DNA of 51,462 nucleotides, from the UHGV virus genome UHGV-0127437, one strand, 5' to 3'. Source of the DNA: a virus. Below, one piece after another: positions 35,745 through 43,558 of this stretch. A program made the translations under genes and the position numbers. The notes beneath the pieces are model-generated. The model saw only the letters and a list, made by a program, of their open reading frames with translations. It was not told the DNA's origin and made no database searches. How positions within the stretch are numbered: the first letter of the stretch is position 1; every line of letters begins with the position of its first letter.

Positions 35745-36989
35745 TTACTCACAAAGCCCATAACGTGATGAACAGACCTCGGTATTCAGGCTTGATTTGA
35801 CCAAGTCGTAGACTTTCCCCCCGCGACCTGTTTTGGCCCACTCCACAACTTCATCAACACTTGGCGAGTTCAGGTTTGCGCGAGGTCCATAGAACCCAGA
35901 CCAATCAATATGCTGCACCTCAGGTTCTAACCCATAGAGCTGCACATTTCTACCAAGGGGCAGGTCAAACGACTTCATCCAGCGCTGGTTTATCTCGCCA
36001 ACACTCATCCAGTGAACCCAGCGAGACGTTAGACGAACCTTCAGCTCCCACTCTTTGTGCTTCTCAATATGCTCCGGCCAGCGCGAAAATGTCTCAGCAA
36101 TTTCTTCTTTGTTACACAGCACGCAATTCATACAACCGACACGTGAGGCTCCCTGCGTGTAAAGCGGGTTTGGCGATATCCCGAAGTATTTGTGGAGCGC
36201 GAATACATCTGTGGCCGTCCACTGGTGAATGGGAAGGAAGTTATACAAAAAATCCGGGTCACGCTTGTCAGTGGAGAAGCGCTCATAGCTGGCTCTCTTT
36301 GATGACTCATCTGCCCGTACACCAGACCACTGGACGACCACGTCGCCATCATCCAGCATTGGTTGCAGAGCTTTATCAAAGGCGATCTGAATTTTGAGCT
36401 CATCGGTACAGAATCGGTCGCGAAGCATCGGAAATTTACCATGCAACAGTGCGCAGTCTAGAAAGCTATTTCCGCTTGGATGCATAACAGACAGAGCAGC
36501 ATCCAGCGCAGTTTCGAATTCAATTCCCCAACGCTCAGCAGTACGCAGCCAGGCCTGCCCAAACGCTGTATCGGAGCGGCCGAGTGAAGGCATAACAACA
36601 CCCCTATATGCCCCCATACGAATGGCCTGACGCTTAACCCAGTTCTTCTGGATGTATCCTCGGCGGCGTTCAAAATCAACCTCGGTATATATCCGCTTAA
36701 CAACCTGAACTGGCGCGCATCCAATCTGTTCATGGATAGTTTTTGCGAACTGTACGGTAAGCTCGTGTTCATTATCTGTATCAGCCATAACAGCCTGAAC
36801 TCTACCGCCAAACAATGCATGGGCAACTGCCAGAGTGGCCGTGCTGTCCTTTCCTGCTGAATAATTGACGACGATTTTGTGATCATCAGGGATGCGGAAT
36901 TCAGTGAGGTAGCGATTATAGGCCAATCCAATTTCGCGAATTTTTTCGCTGATGTCGGTCGGTGCAATAATCATTGCTGCGTTGCTCAT
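35745..36989 (-). CDS. PAPS-reductase-family PP-loop ATP pyrophosphatase (DndC/SspD/IbrA-like)
   Basis: 414 aa. PP-loop VVNYSAGKDST, plus the CysH-type C-terminal signature PIHQWTATDVFALH...NPLYTQGASRVGCMNCVLC. Confidence 0.75.
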   Translation of the reverse strand: MSNAAMIIAPTDISEKIREIGLAYNRYLTEFRIPDDHKIVVNYSAGKDSTATLAVAHALFGGRVQAVMADTDNEHELTVQFAKTIHEQIGCAPVQVVKRIYTEVDFERRRGYIQKNWVKRQAIRMGAYRGVVMPSLGRSDTAFGQAWLRTAERWGIEFETALDAALSVMHPSGNSFLDCALLHGKFPMLRDRFCTDELKIQIAFDKALQPMLDDGDVVVQWSGVRADESSKRASYERFSTDKRDPDFLYNFLPIHQWTATDVFALHKYFGISPNPLYTQGASRVGCMNCVLCNKEEIAETFSRWPEHIEKHKEWELKVRLTSRWVHWMSVGEINQRWMKSFDLPLGRNVQLYGLEPEVQHIDWSGFYGPRANLNSPSVDEVVEWAKTGRGGKVYDLVKSSLNTEVCSSRYGLCE

Positions 36990-37399
36990 AGCTTCACTCC
37001 ATGACGTAGTTGGGCGGTAAACTCTTTAGCCACCGTTGAATATGGATGTTCATGACAATCAAGGACTTTCAAACTGTCAGCAAACATCTCCACACCCTGA
37101 GCCCGAACTTCTGCCAGGTACGCGTCGGTTGCCGGGGTGATCATAGCTGCCACCGCGTCATCGATATGACAATCATCAATACCGCAAAAATTCGCCTCTT
37201 CACGGTTCGCGTTCAGGTGGCGAATGATCTTTTTGGCAGCCTTAAGCCCCGCATTCTCGGCAGCCAGCGCCGCGAGCTTGGCTTCCGATTCGGCAAGTTT
37301 CTTACGCAAACCAGTTTCACAGGTATGCGCGCCGCTGCGCCCCCTCTCAAAGGAGAATCCGCAGTCACAATAAAAAACGTTGTCTTTCTCGGTGATCAT
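36986..37399 (-). CDS. Ead/Ea22-like protein
   Basis: 137 aa with a Cys-rich N-terminus, a coiled coil and a C-terminal ...TPATDAYLAEVRAQGVEMFA typical of Ea22-like proteins. It has an ATGA overlap with the PAPS-reductase-like gene. Confidence 0.5.
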   Translation of the reverse strand: MITEKDNVFYCDCGFSFERGRSGAHTCETGLRKKLAESEAKLAALAAENAGLKAAKKIIRHLNANREEANFCGIDDCHIDDAVAAMITPATDAYLAEVRAQGVEMFADSLKVLDCHEHPYSTVAKEFTAQLRHGVKL

Positions 37400-37656
37400 G
37401 CAGCCGCCTTGTTGTGTGAAAAACGTTTCAGGTCAAAGTCGATAGTTGCCCGCAGGTCACGGAAGATTCCGCAGCGCCCGTGACGAACCAGGCCACCCTG
37501 CTCTACCGCTACGCGGAGATATTTCTCCGCTGTGGTCCGGTGCAGGCCGAACATCGCAACGACGTCATTCGTGGTGATGCGTCCCTGCTCCTTCACAAGT
37601 TCGATAATCCGGTTGATGATCAGGGTGCGTTCTTTGTCGGTTTTCTTTCTGGCCAT
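37396..37656 (-). CDS. Small winged-helix-like DNA-binding protein
   Basis: 86 aa (RIIELVKEQGRITTNDVVAMFGLHRTTAEKYLRVAVEQGGLV). Confidence 0.45.
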   Translation of the reverse strand: MARKKTDKERTLIINRIIELVKEQGRITTNDVVAMFGLHRTTAEKYLRVAVEQGGLVRHGRCGIFRDLRATIDFDLKRFSHNKAAA

Positions 37657-37659
37657 CGG

Positions 37660-38346
37660 TTATTCCCTCCCTGTCAGCTGCTGAACGAGATTTCTGTGGC
37701 GACCAATAACACGAACCGCGTCACGCAGTTTGGTCAGTTGCTCCAGCTTGTTTCTGGTGCGGCGGATTTCGCGAGAAATGTCCCGCACCGCTGGTACCGC
37801 TTCGACTGCGGCGCGCCCTTCAGTGAACGAGGGGATTTCACTCACGATCTGTTCGACCGGTTTTGCTTCTTCCGGCGCGGCAGGTGCCTCCGGTACCGGT
37901 TCTTGCTTAACGGGTTCTGTCACAACAGCAAGGGACCAGGTAACGCCTTTGCCCTTCCCGTTCTTCACCACAACGCCCTGGCGCTCCAGCGCGCGAAGAA
38001 CAGAGACCATTCCGCGGGCATTGCGATTGACGGCCGCGGCCAGCGAAACGGTCGTCATTGCCCCCTGCTCACGCAGCTGCTGTCGGACGACATCAGGATC
38101 TACGGGTTCCGGCTCCTCACCTTTCAGGCGCGGCGCCGGATGAACAGGTGCATTAGGCGTTGACTGCTGAGACTGACCTTTCACGGTACCGAGGAACCAG
38201 CCGCCGTCTCCAAAATCGCATAACCCCTGATCACGCTGCTCACGTAACATGGTGAGCGCATCAACCGGGTCGATTTCAAGACGGTCAGCAACTTCGCGGT
38301 ATGTCGCCCGCCCCATTTTTTCCAGTACCTGAATTACGGTTTCCAT
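37660..38346 (-). CDS. DUF1627-like protein with two winged-helix-like segments and a Pro/Glu-rich linker
   Basis: The ATG at 38346 has GAGGAA upstream. It lies immediately after P, as in many lambdoid prophages. Confidence 0.5.
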   Translation of the reverse strand: METVIQVLEKMGRATYREVADRLEIDPVDALTMLREQRDQGLCDFGDGGWFLGTVKGQSQQSTPNAPVHPAPRLKGEEPEPVDPDVVRQQLREQGAMTTVSLAAAVNRNARGMVSVLRALERQGVVVKNGKGKGVTWSLAVVTEPVKQEPVPEAPAAPEEAKPVEQIVSEIPSFTEGRAAVEAVPAVRDISREIRRTRNKLEQLTKLRDAVRVIGRHRNLVQQLTGRE

Positions 38347-38357
38347 GTGATTTCCTC

Positions 38358-39047
38358 TCAAATCAGTCCAGCGTCTTTTCGCTGTTTGTATTTCGCCATC
38401 AGCATCTGCGCCGGAGTCGGGCCTCGATCCTGATCTGGTGCGGTAAGTGCCCGACGTACTGGTGGAACTGGTTTCCCATCGAGAACACGCATTTCCCAGT
38501 CGTGGAGTAAATCGCCAGCAACGCGAACAAGCTCTTTCTCGCTGAGCTGGCCGTCAGTACCGCGTCTGCGCAGTTCAAGGCAAATGTGATAGAGCACGGG
38601 CTGGCTCCACGGGTATTGCTCACTGGTCGGGTAGCGAAAAACCAGCTTTCGCCAGCGCCAGTATTCGCTCATGATGTCGTCCACACTGACCCCCAGCGCG
38701 CCACTCCCCTCACGGCACCACGAAATAAACTGACCCGGCGACGGCCAGAACGGTGACTGACTGGATCGGGCTTTCTGCATTCCGGCTGAAAGCTGCTCAC
38801 GGGAGGTGATGCCTGACTCAGCAAAAGCGGCGATCCATTGCTGCTTTGCAACGCGAATATCATCGCCAGTACGTAGGTTCGTCTGAGTGGATGCCGGAAA
38901 TACCTGCATGAGATTTTCAAAAAGCATATCCACCAGCTTTTCAGCGTCACTGTTAACAACCTTACGGCCGTCGTAAGAATCTCCAGCCATGCGCGATAGC
39001 ATTTCGCTGTCGCGATTCTGAATTGCACGATAAAGATCCGGGGTCAT
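38358..39047 (-). CDS. Replication protein P (DnaB helicase loader, lambda P-like)
   Basis: ...QWIAAFAESGITSREQLSAGMQKARSSQSPFWPSPGQFISWCRE aligns with lambda P (...QWVLAFRENGITTMEQVNAGMRVARRQNRPFLPSPGQFVAWCRE). It has an ATGA overlap with the O stop. Confidence 0.9.
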   Translation of the reverse strand: MTPDLYRAIQNRDSEMLSRMAGDSYDGRKVVNSDAEKLVDMLFENLMQVFPASTQTNLRTGDDIRVAKQQWIAAFAESGITSREQLSAGMQKARSSQSPFWPSPGQFISWCREGSGALGVSVDDIMSEYWRWRKLVFRYPTSEQYPWSQPVLYHICLELRRRGTDGQLSEKELVRVAGDLLHDWEMRVLDGKPVPPVRRALTAPDQDRGPTPAQMLMAKYKQRKDAGLI

Positions 39048-40042
39048 AAAAATTTCTCCCATGCTTCAGCACTGTTCCAGTGCGGGCCGGTTTCGGATTT
39101 GCTTGCGCTGACATCTGCGCGTGGCTTGCGGGTAGTGTCTTCACGGTGAAGGGTTAACGTGTCCCACTTGGCGCGGAGCTTTGCGGGGGAGAGAATATTT
39201 TTGTACCAGAACGAGTCTTTGCAGGCCCATCTGAACAACTCACAAATCTCTTTGTGGGTGCGTCCGTCCAGCTGGCGCATCAGGCGTATGTCATTCGCCC
39301 AGCCAGCCATGTTTGGTTTTTTCAGGGATGGTTTGGTGATGTCACGCAGCGCCAGCATCCACTCTGCGCAGCGGAGATCGTCAGATGTCCCCCACTTGTC
39401 ACCTTTCGGAGTCTGGACTGCTGCATCAGGAACAACTTTGGAAATTCTCTGACGTACATTAAATACGTTAGTATTTAATATATATTGTTCATGATGTGCG
39501 CTTGTTTGTGCGGATGTATGTGCGCTTTCATGTGCGCTACCTACCGCCAAACCCGCGCCGTTACTGGCTTCGCCATGTGCGGGCATATGTGCGCTGGTAT
39601 GTGCGGAAGTTTGTGCGGGCAAATTGTCCATTTTTTGAGCATATTCGGCATAATTTGAGATCGTGATCACACGCCCTCTTTGCCGCTCCCCTTCAATGGA
39701 AATCATCCCTTCACGCACAAAAAACGTCAGCATTCTCTCAACAGCATCACGGCTTGTTGGGTTGCCTTTTCTGTCACGTAGTTTCAGGCCCAGATCGGCC
39801 GCCGTGGTCACCAGTTGTCCGGTTTGTAGCGGCCATTGGCGACCTTTAAAGCTCGCTGTGTATGGCTGGCTGGCAGCGCCCAAAAGCAGGTTATCCCACA
39901 ACGTACGCAGGTAAACATCTTCTGACCAGGGCTGCTTGAGTACACTCCGGTACAACGGGATGAATCCGGTCTTCTGGTTTTCCATCCGGTTGCTCCTGAC
40001 GGCGGTACGCGCCGCAAAATCGGCGTAGGCGACATTCGACAT
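39044..40042 (-). CDS. Replication initiator O-like protein (contains the origin)
   Basis: 332 aa upstream of P. Its N-terminal winged-helix region is followed by a (T/Q)SAH repeat linker encoded by the iterons. Confidence 0.8.
   Translation of the reverse strand: MSNVAYADFAARTAVRSNRMENQKTGFIPLYRSVLKQPWSEDVYLRTLWDNLLLGAASQPYTASFKGRQWPLQTGQLVTTAADLGLKLRDRKGNPTSRDAVERMLTFFVREGMISIEGERQRGRVITISNYAEYAQKMDNLPAQTSAHTSAHMPAHGEASNGAGLAVGSAHESAHTSAQTSAHHEQYILNTNVFNVRQRISKVVPDAAVQTPKGDKWGTSDDLRCAEWMLALRDITKPSLKKPNMAGWANDIRLMRQLDGRTHKEICELFRWACKDSFWYKNILSPAKLRAKWDTLTLHREDTTRKPRADVSASKSETGPHWNSAEAWEKFL
39495..39617. repeat. Origin iterons: 8 copies of TGTGCG on a 12-bp register, in two clusters of four, next to an AT-rich tract
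   Basis: TGTGCG starts at 39495, 39507, 39519, 39531 and at 39576, 39588, 39600, 39612. The AT-rich block 39441-39490 adjoins them, giving lambda-ori-like geometry inside O. Confidence 0.8.
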
Positions 40043-40157
40043 AGCTATGCCTCCCTTGCCTGGTGTTTTGAAAAACTCTTTGTCATAATGACCTCGTGAT
40101 TTCGCCTGGAATTACACCGAAGGCCGTCTGTGTTGGCGCACAGCGGTCTTCACCCTT

Positions 40158-40412
40158 TCAGAACAAGCCCTGTTGCCTGCCCCGTTTAGCCCGTTTTGAA
40201 TCAAACCGATCAGCCGGTAATGTTTGCTTTTCTGCCCACAATTTCGCGTGGCGTAAAACATCATCAAAAATCCTCCCCTTTCTGCTTGCCTGACTCATTC
40301 GCTTGTACATATCGACGGCCTGAAATGCCCCCCCCTGAGCCACCGCTACGGTGAAGCCCTGGCGGATCAACTCTTCCCGGACGTGCTTTTCTATGAACTC
40401 CAAATGATTCAT
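40158..40412 (-). CDS. Hypothetical early protein
   Basis: 84-aa ORF between the CII-like and O genes, with GAGG 9 nt upstream. Confidence 0.45.
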   Translation of the reverse strand: MNHLEFIEKHVREELIRQGFTVAVAQGGAFQAVDMYKRMSQASRKGRIFDDVLRHAKLWAEKQTLPADRFDSKRAKRGRQQGLF

Positions 40413-40421
40413 CTGGTAACC

Positions 40422-40964
40422 TCACATGACACCCGGCGCTATGGCCGCGATACCACTCAGAACCTGAACGACAGCATCACCCGGCAACATATTCAGCAGA
40501 TGCTCAATCCCTTCCCTGACCTCTTTCACCAGCTGATGCTTTGGCGCATTCAGCATTACGGCCTGTTTCGCCTCGCTGATTTCCTTCTCCATCGCTGCAA
40601 AACGCGTCATGAAACAATCCTGTCCGATAAGACGCCCACGAAATTCCATCGGCAAAACAGCCAGGATTGCAGGAGTCAGCTGGCGGATGTTTTCGCGCGC
40701 ATATCCGGTATCACTGTCCAGCCAGCGGAAAAGCTTCTGCCGCTTACGGCTCAAGTCATCAGGAAAATCCAACCCGGCGCCGCCCTGCCGTTCCCATTCT
40801 TCAACGATGATCCCGGCGACTACGTCCTGGTTGTCCAGCGATGCCGACCACGCACGAACGGCAGCACGAATCTGGTCATGCTTATCCGCCGGATCAGGCT
40901 GATTGCGATTTATCATCGTGGCCGGAGGAAACCCGGTATTTTGTTGAAATGAAATTGAATGCAC
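40422..40964 (-). CDS. YdaT-family protein (functional CII analogue in Rac/CP-933P-type immunity regions)
   Basis: ...EEWERQGGAGLDFP...LFRWLDSDTGYARENIRQLTPAILAVLPMEFRGRL parallels E. coli YdaT (...EEYLRQGGGELP...YHRWLKGETKTQREKIQKLIPAILAILPRELRHRL). The GTG start lies 2 nt after the cro stop. Confidence 0.7.
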   Translation of the reverse strand: MHSISFQQNTGFPPATMINRNQPDPADKHDQIRAAVRAWSASLDNQDVVAGIIVEEWERQGGAGLDFPDDLSRKRQKLFRWLDSDTGYARENIRQLTPAILAVLPMEFRGRLIGQDCFMTRFAAMEKEISEAKQAVMLNAPKHQLVKEVREGIEHLLNMLPGDAVVQVLSGIAAIAPGVM

Positions 40965-40966
40965 GG

Positions 40967-41200
40967 TTACGCCCTCGCTTCCTGCGCCGGTAATCCATCC
41001 GTTGGGTTCGGATACAGATCAGGGCGCAATTCGTGAGGGGTAACACCGGTTATGCTGTGAATTTTTAATATGTAATCTGGCGGCACAATGCCTCTGTCGC
41101 GATGTTTCCAATGGCTAATTGACATACTGGTTACACCAAGTGCCATGCTTAACTTTCTCGCTGAACCAGCAGCCTTAATTGCTTTATCAAGTGCTGTCAT
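40967..41200 (-). CDS. Cro-like / YdaS-type HTH regulator
   Basis: 77 aa. The HTH is ARKLSMALGVTSMSISHWKH. It is the first gene of the rightward (here minus-strand) early operon and has AGGAGA as SD. Confidence 0.75.
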   Translation of the reverse strand: MTALDKAIKAAGSARKLSMALGVTSMSISHWKHRDRGIVPPDYILKIHSITGVTPHELRPDLYPNPTDGLPAQEARA

Positions 41201-41227
41201 TTTCTTCTCCTAACTATCAACGAAGAA

Positions 41228-41256
41228 AGTAAACCACAGATTTATATTTCAAGCAA
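41228..41256 (-). promoter_or_regulatory. PR candidate (TTGCTT-N17-TTTACT) with operator OR-a (41228..41246) covering the spacer and -10
   Basis: It has the same geometry as PL: -35 element, 4 nt, then a 19-bp operator whose last 6 nt form the -10. The OR-a plus-strand sequence is agtaaaccacagatttata. Confidence 0.5.
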
Positions 41257-41274
41257 TATTCAATTTATTGAGTG

Positions 41275-41293
41275 TGTAAACTAACCATTTACA
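41275..41293. promoter_or_regulatory. Operator OR-b (tgtaaactaaccatttaca)
   Basis: 19-bp palindrome TGTAAA-N7-TTTACA, 47 bp from OR-a and 9 nt upstream of the repressor ATG. Confidence 0.55.
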
Positions 41294-41301
41294 ATGAGAG
41301 A

Positions 41302-41685
41302 ATGAGAAAAGAAGAACCCAACAAAGCATTGATAGCGCGACTCAATGAGGTCTATGCCAGAGGCATTACCAAAGCAGATATGGCGCGAATAGCCGGAGTC
41401 TCGCCTCAGGCGGTCAATAGCTGGTTTAAAAAAGGCGTTATTAGCAAAAAATCAGCACTGGCTATAGCCGATGCTGTTGGCGTTTCGATCGCCTGGCTAC
41501 TCGGGGAAGATGTCGGCGAGAAAGATGGTATGAAGCCCGACGAGCAGCGCCTGCTGGAACTCTATCGCCAGTTGCCGGAAGAAGAGCAGCAGAACATGTT
41601 GCGGATCGTGTCTCTGCGCCTTAAGGAACTCGACGAGCTGTACGCCAAGTACATGGGACGGCGGATTAAGGGTGATGCGGAATAA
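41302..41685 (+). CDS. Prophage repressor (CI-like HTH) lacking an S24 autocleavage domain
   Basis: 127 aa from the ATG at 41302. The HTH_3-type segment is ITKADMARIAGVSPQAVNSWFKKG, followed by a short helical C-terminus. It is divergent from cro. Confidence 0.75.
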   Translation: MRKEEPNKALIARLNEVYARGITKADMARIAGVSPQAVNSWFKKGVISKKSALAIADAVGVSIAWLLGEDVGEKDGMKPDEQRLLELYRQLPEEEQQNMLRIVSLRLKELDELYAKYMGRRIKGDAE

Positions 41686-41771
41686 CTCCCCACGGAGAGC
41701 TTATGAGGCTGGGTATTGCACATAGGCCATACGAACCACCTCTGGGTAGAAAACTTAAATAAAATTTAATA

Positions 41772-42692
41772 GTGGGAATGGTAATGGAAGCACCTTATCA
41801 ATTAGAATTCACTGAAAACATTTATTATTCAATAGGTAATAACCCCAGCATTAAAGAAATCATTGAGTCTCTTCAAGGCTGGGAAGCTATTATCAAACAA
41901 TCTAAAGGAGTCCTTGCAGAGCTAACTGGAAGTGATATCCTGGATATTGAAGTTAGGGTTCAAAAGTTAGAAGTCGGGAGCCTAACTGAAAAAATTCTTA
42001 TCAAGTTAGGTTTTGGCAACGAAGAGAATTTTGATAAATTTCTCGAAAATGCGCATGAAAGGTACATCGGAGAAGGAAAAATGCGTAGCGCCTTAGTTTG
42101 GACGGTTATAGCAGGTGTACTCGCCACGGGTATGTATTTAGCCGTCAAAAACATGGCACCCAATAATGCCTCCCACTTCGAAGCAAATAATAATATAATC
42201 ATTAACATAGGTGCTGGCGAAACTAACATTTCACCTGAAAGAATACAGTCGGTGCTCAATAGTACATTAGTTGATAAAAAAACCGCTGCCAAAGGTGCTG
42301 TCAAAATTTTATCTCCAGCGCGAAATGACGAAAATGCAACATTAATGATAGGTAGCGATAACACTTCCGTAACAATACCTTCAGATTTAATCTCTAAAAC
42401 ACCAACCGAGGTTAGTTTTGAAGCTGATACATATACTCGAGACCATTACGATGTTGACCTTGAGATAAGAGCTCTTGATCTCGACAATCCGACAAAGGGA
42501 TGGGCTGCCGTGATTCCTGGCTTAGTTGATCGAAGGGTAAAACTAGTTTTGGCACCCGGGATTAAACCAGAAGACCTATCCCATAAATTCGCCTTCCGCG
42601 CTGATGTAACCATTACTTATAAACTTACGTCATCTAAAGGCGAAGCATACAAGCCAACAGAAATATTTTTAAGCAAATTAATCGCGGAATGA
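41772..42692 (+). CDS. Unrecognised single-pass membrane protein co-oriented with the repressor (rex/sie position)
   Basis: About 302-306 aa, with possible starts at GTG 41772, ATG 41778 or ATG 41784. It has a central TM (ALVWTVIAGVLATGMYLAV), is AT-rich, and ends at a terminator. Confidence 0.65.
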   Translation: MGMVMEAPYQLEFTENIYYSIGNNPSIKEIIESLQGWEAIIKQSKGVLAELTGSDILDIEVRVQKLEVGSLTEKILIKLGFGNEENFDKFLENAHERYIGEGKMRSALVWTVIAGVLATGMYLAVKNMAPNNASHFEANNNIIINIGAGETNISPERIQSVLNSTLVDKKTAAKGAVKILSPARNDENATLMIGSDNTSVTIPSDLISKTPTEVSFEADTYTRDHYDVDLEIRALDLDNPTKGWAAVIPGLVDRRVKLVLAPGIKPEDLSHKFAFRADVTITYKLTSSKGEAYKPTEIFLSKLIAE

Positions 42693-42698
42693 AATTAA

Positions 42699-42721
42699 CC
42701 CGGCCACCGCGCCGGGTTTTT
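42699..42721 (+). terminator. Intrinsic terminator of the repressor operon
   Basis: CCCGGC-caccgc-GCCGGG followed by TTTTT. Confidence 0.7.
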
Positions 42722-43038
42722 ATTGCCCTTTCCTCACAAACTCCGCAGCATCCCTCTTTGCGCCCTTGACTGTTTAGCAGCTATACACGCTACATCTACT
42801 TAATCAGGCTATCCTTGTTGATATATGATGCAAATAATCAGTTGGGAAATAATAAGAGAGTATCTGATAGTATGCCTGGTAACTGTTGTTATGGTCGCCG
42901 CGATTTCACTGGTTATGCTGGCCTGGTGAATTTTGCAGGGGTCTTTTCCCTGAAACATGCGCGACAACACACTCTGGTAAGACAAGCTCTGTTATGGTGC
43001 ATGAACAAGAAATAACAGCACCATATATCCGACTTACA

Positions 43039-43072
43039 GCCCGGATTACGACACGTTCCGGGCTTTTTTTTT
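43039..43072 (+). terminator. Strong intrinsic terminator with no annotated upstream gene
   Basis: GCCCGGA-ttacgacacgt-TCCGGGC followed by T9. Confidence 0.7.
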
Positions 43073-43075
43073 GCC

Positions 43076-43285
43076 CTATTCTTCCAGCAACTTCACCGCC
43101 AGTTCCATCGCCTGAATCTGGTCAGCATCCCACTTATCCAGCCCCTTCGATATCTCCGTTCGTATCACGTCAGCTATAGCCACTCTTTTGGTTTCATGCC
43201 CTTCAGCCACCATCGCAAACACAACATCACCCACAATCCGGCACATTTCCTGATAGCGCAACTGCGCCAGTTCCTCGTAATCCAT
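43076..43285 (-). CDS. Small helical protein, possibly YmgB/AriR-like
   Basis: 69 aa from the ATG at 43285, with GAGGG 6 nt upstream. The pattern ...IVGDVVFAMVAEGHETKRVAIADVIRTEI...AMELAVKLL loosely resembles the AriR family. It is antisense to both flanking operons. Confidence 0.4.
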   Translation of the reverse strand: MDYEELAQLRYQEMCRIVGDVVFAMVAEGHETKRVAIADVIRTEISKGLDKWDADQIQAMELAVKLLEE

Positions 43286-43343
43286 CACTAACCCTCGGCA
43301 ATTGATGTTTTTGTGAGCATAACACACGCTCCCTCTCCCAACA

Positions 43344-43362
43344 TATAAACCTAAAATTTACA
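43344..43362. promoter_or_regulatory. Operator OL-a (tataaacctaaaatttaca)
   Basis: It matches the TRTAAAC-N5-ATTTAYA consensus and lies 47 bp from OL-b and 18 nt upstream of the PL -35. Confidence 0.5.
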
Positions 43363-43380
43363 CCAAACATTAATTGAAAG

Positions 43381-43409
43381 TTGACACAACTATAAACCAG
43401 TGATTTAAT
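43381..43409 (+). promoter_or_regulatory. PL promoter (TTGACA-N17-TTTAAT) overlapped by operator OL-b (43391..43409)
   Basis: It has a consensus -35, a 17-nt spacer and a near-consensus -10. OL-b (tataaaccagtgatttaat) covers the spacer and -10. Confidence 0.65.
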
Positions 43410-43558
43410 CAATATCACAGCAACACGACCACCCAGGCAGGACGCCCACGAAGTAGCCGTCCGGGGCATACGAAGACCGGAATGAGGTGGATGAGTTAAC
43501 GCGCAGCAGGTATCAAACGTTCCGCCAGCCGGGCGACAACGGCAAGCAGAGGGTGAAA

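Noticed and set aside
37480-38163. 227-aa and 137-aa plus-strand ORFs opposite the DUF1627-like and wHTH genes
   Set aside because: They are antisense shadows of well-packed, translationally coupled minus-strand genes, and their translation is Arg/Cys-rich.
39495-39617. Possibility that the 12-bp periodic repeats, or the 6-bp repeat at 19081-19137, are a CRISPR array
   Set aside because: The repeat units are far too short, there are no unique spacers and no cas genes. Both lie in frame inside coding sequences, as origin iterons and a peptide repeat respectively.
40422-41200. Calling the YdaS-like/YdaT-like pair a toxin-antitoxin module, as often annotated in databases
   Set aside because: Here the pair occupies the cro/cII positions immediately downstream of PR and opposite the repressor. 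The YdaT family has been reinterpreted as a CII-like regulator, so a TA call is not supported by context.
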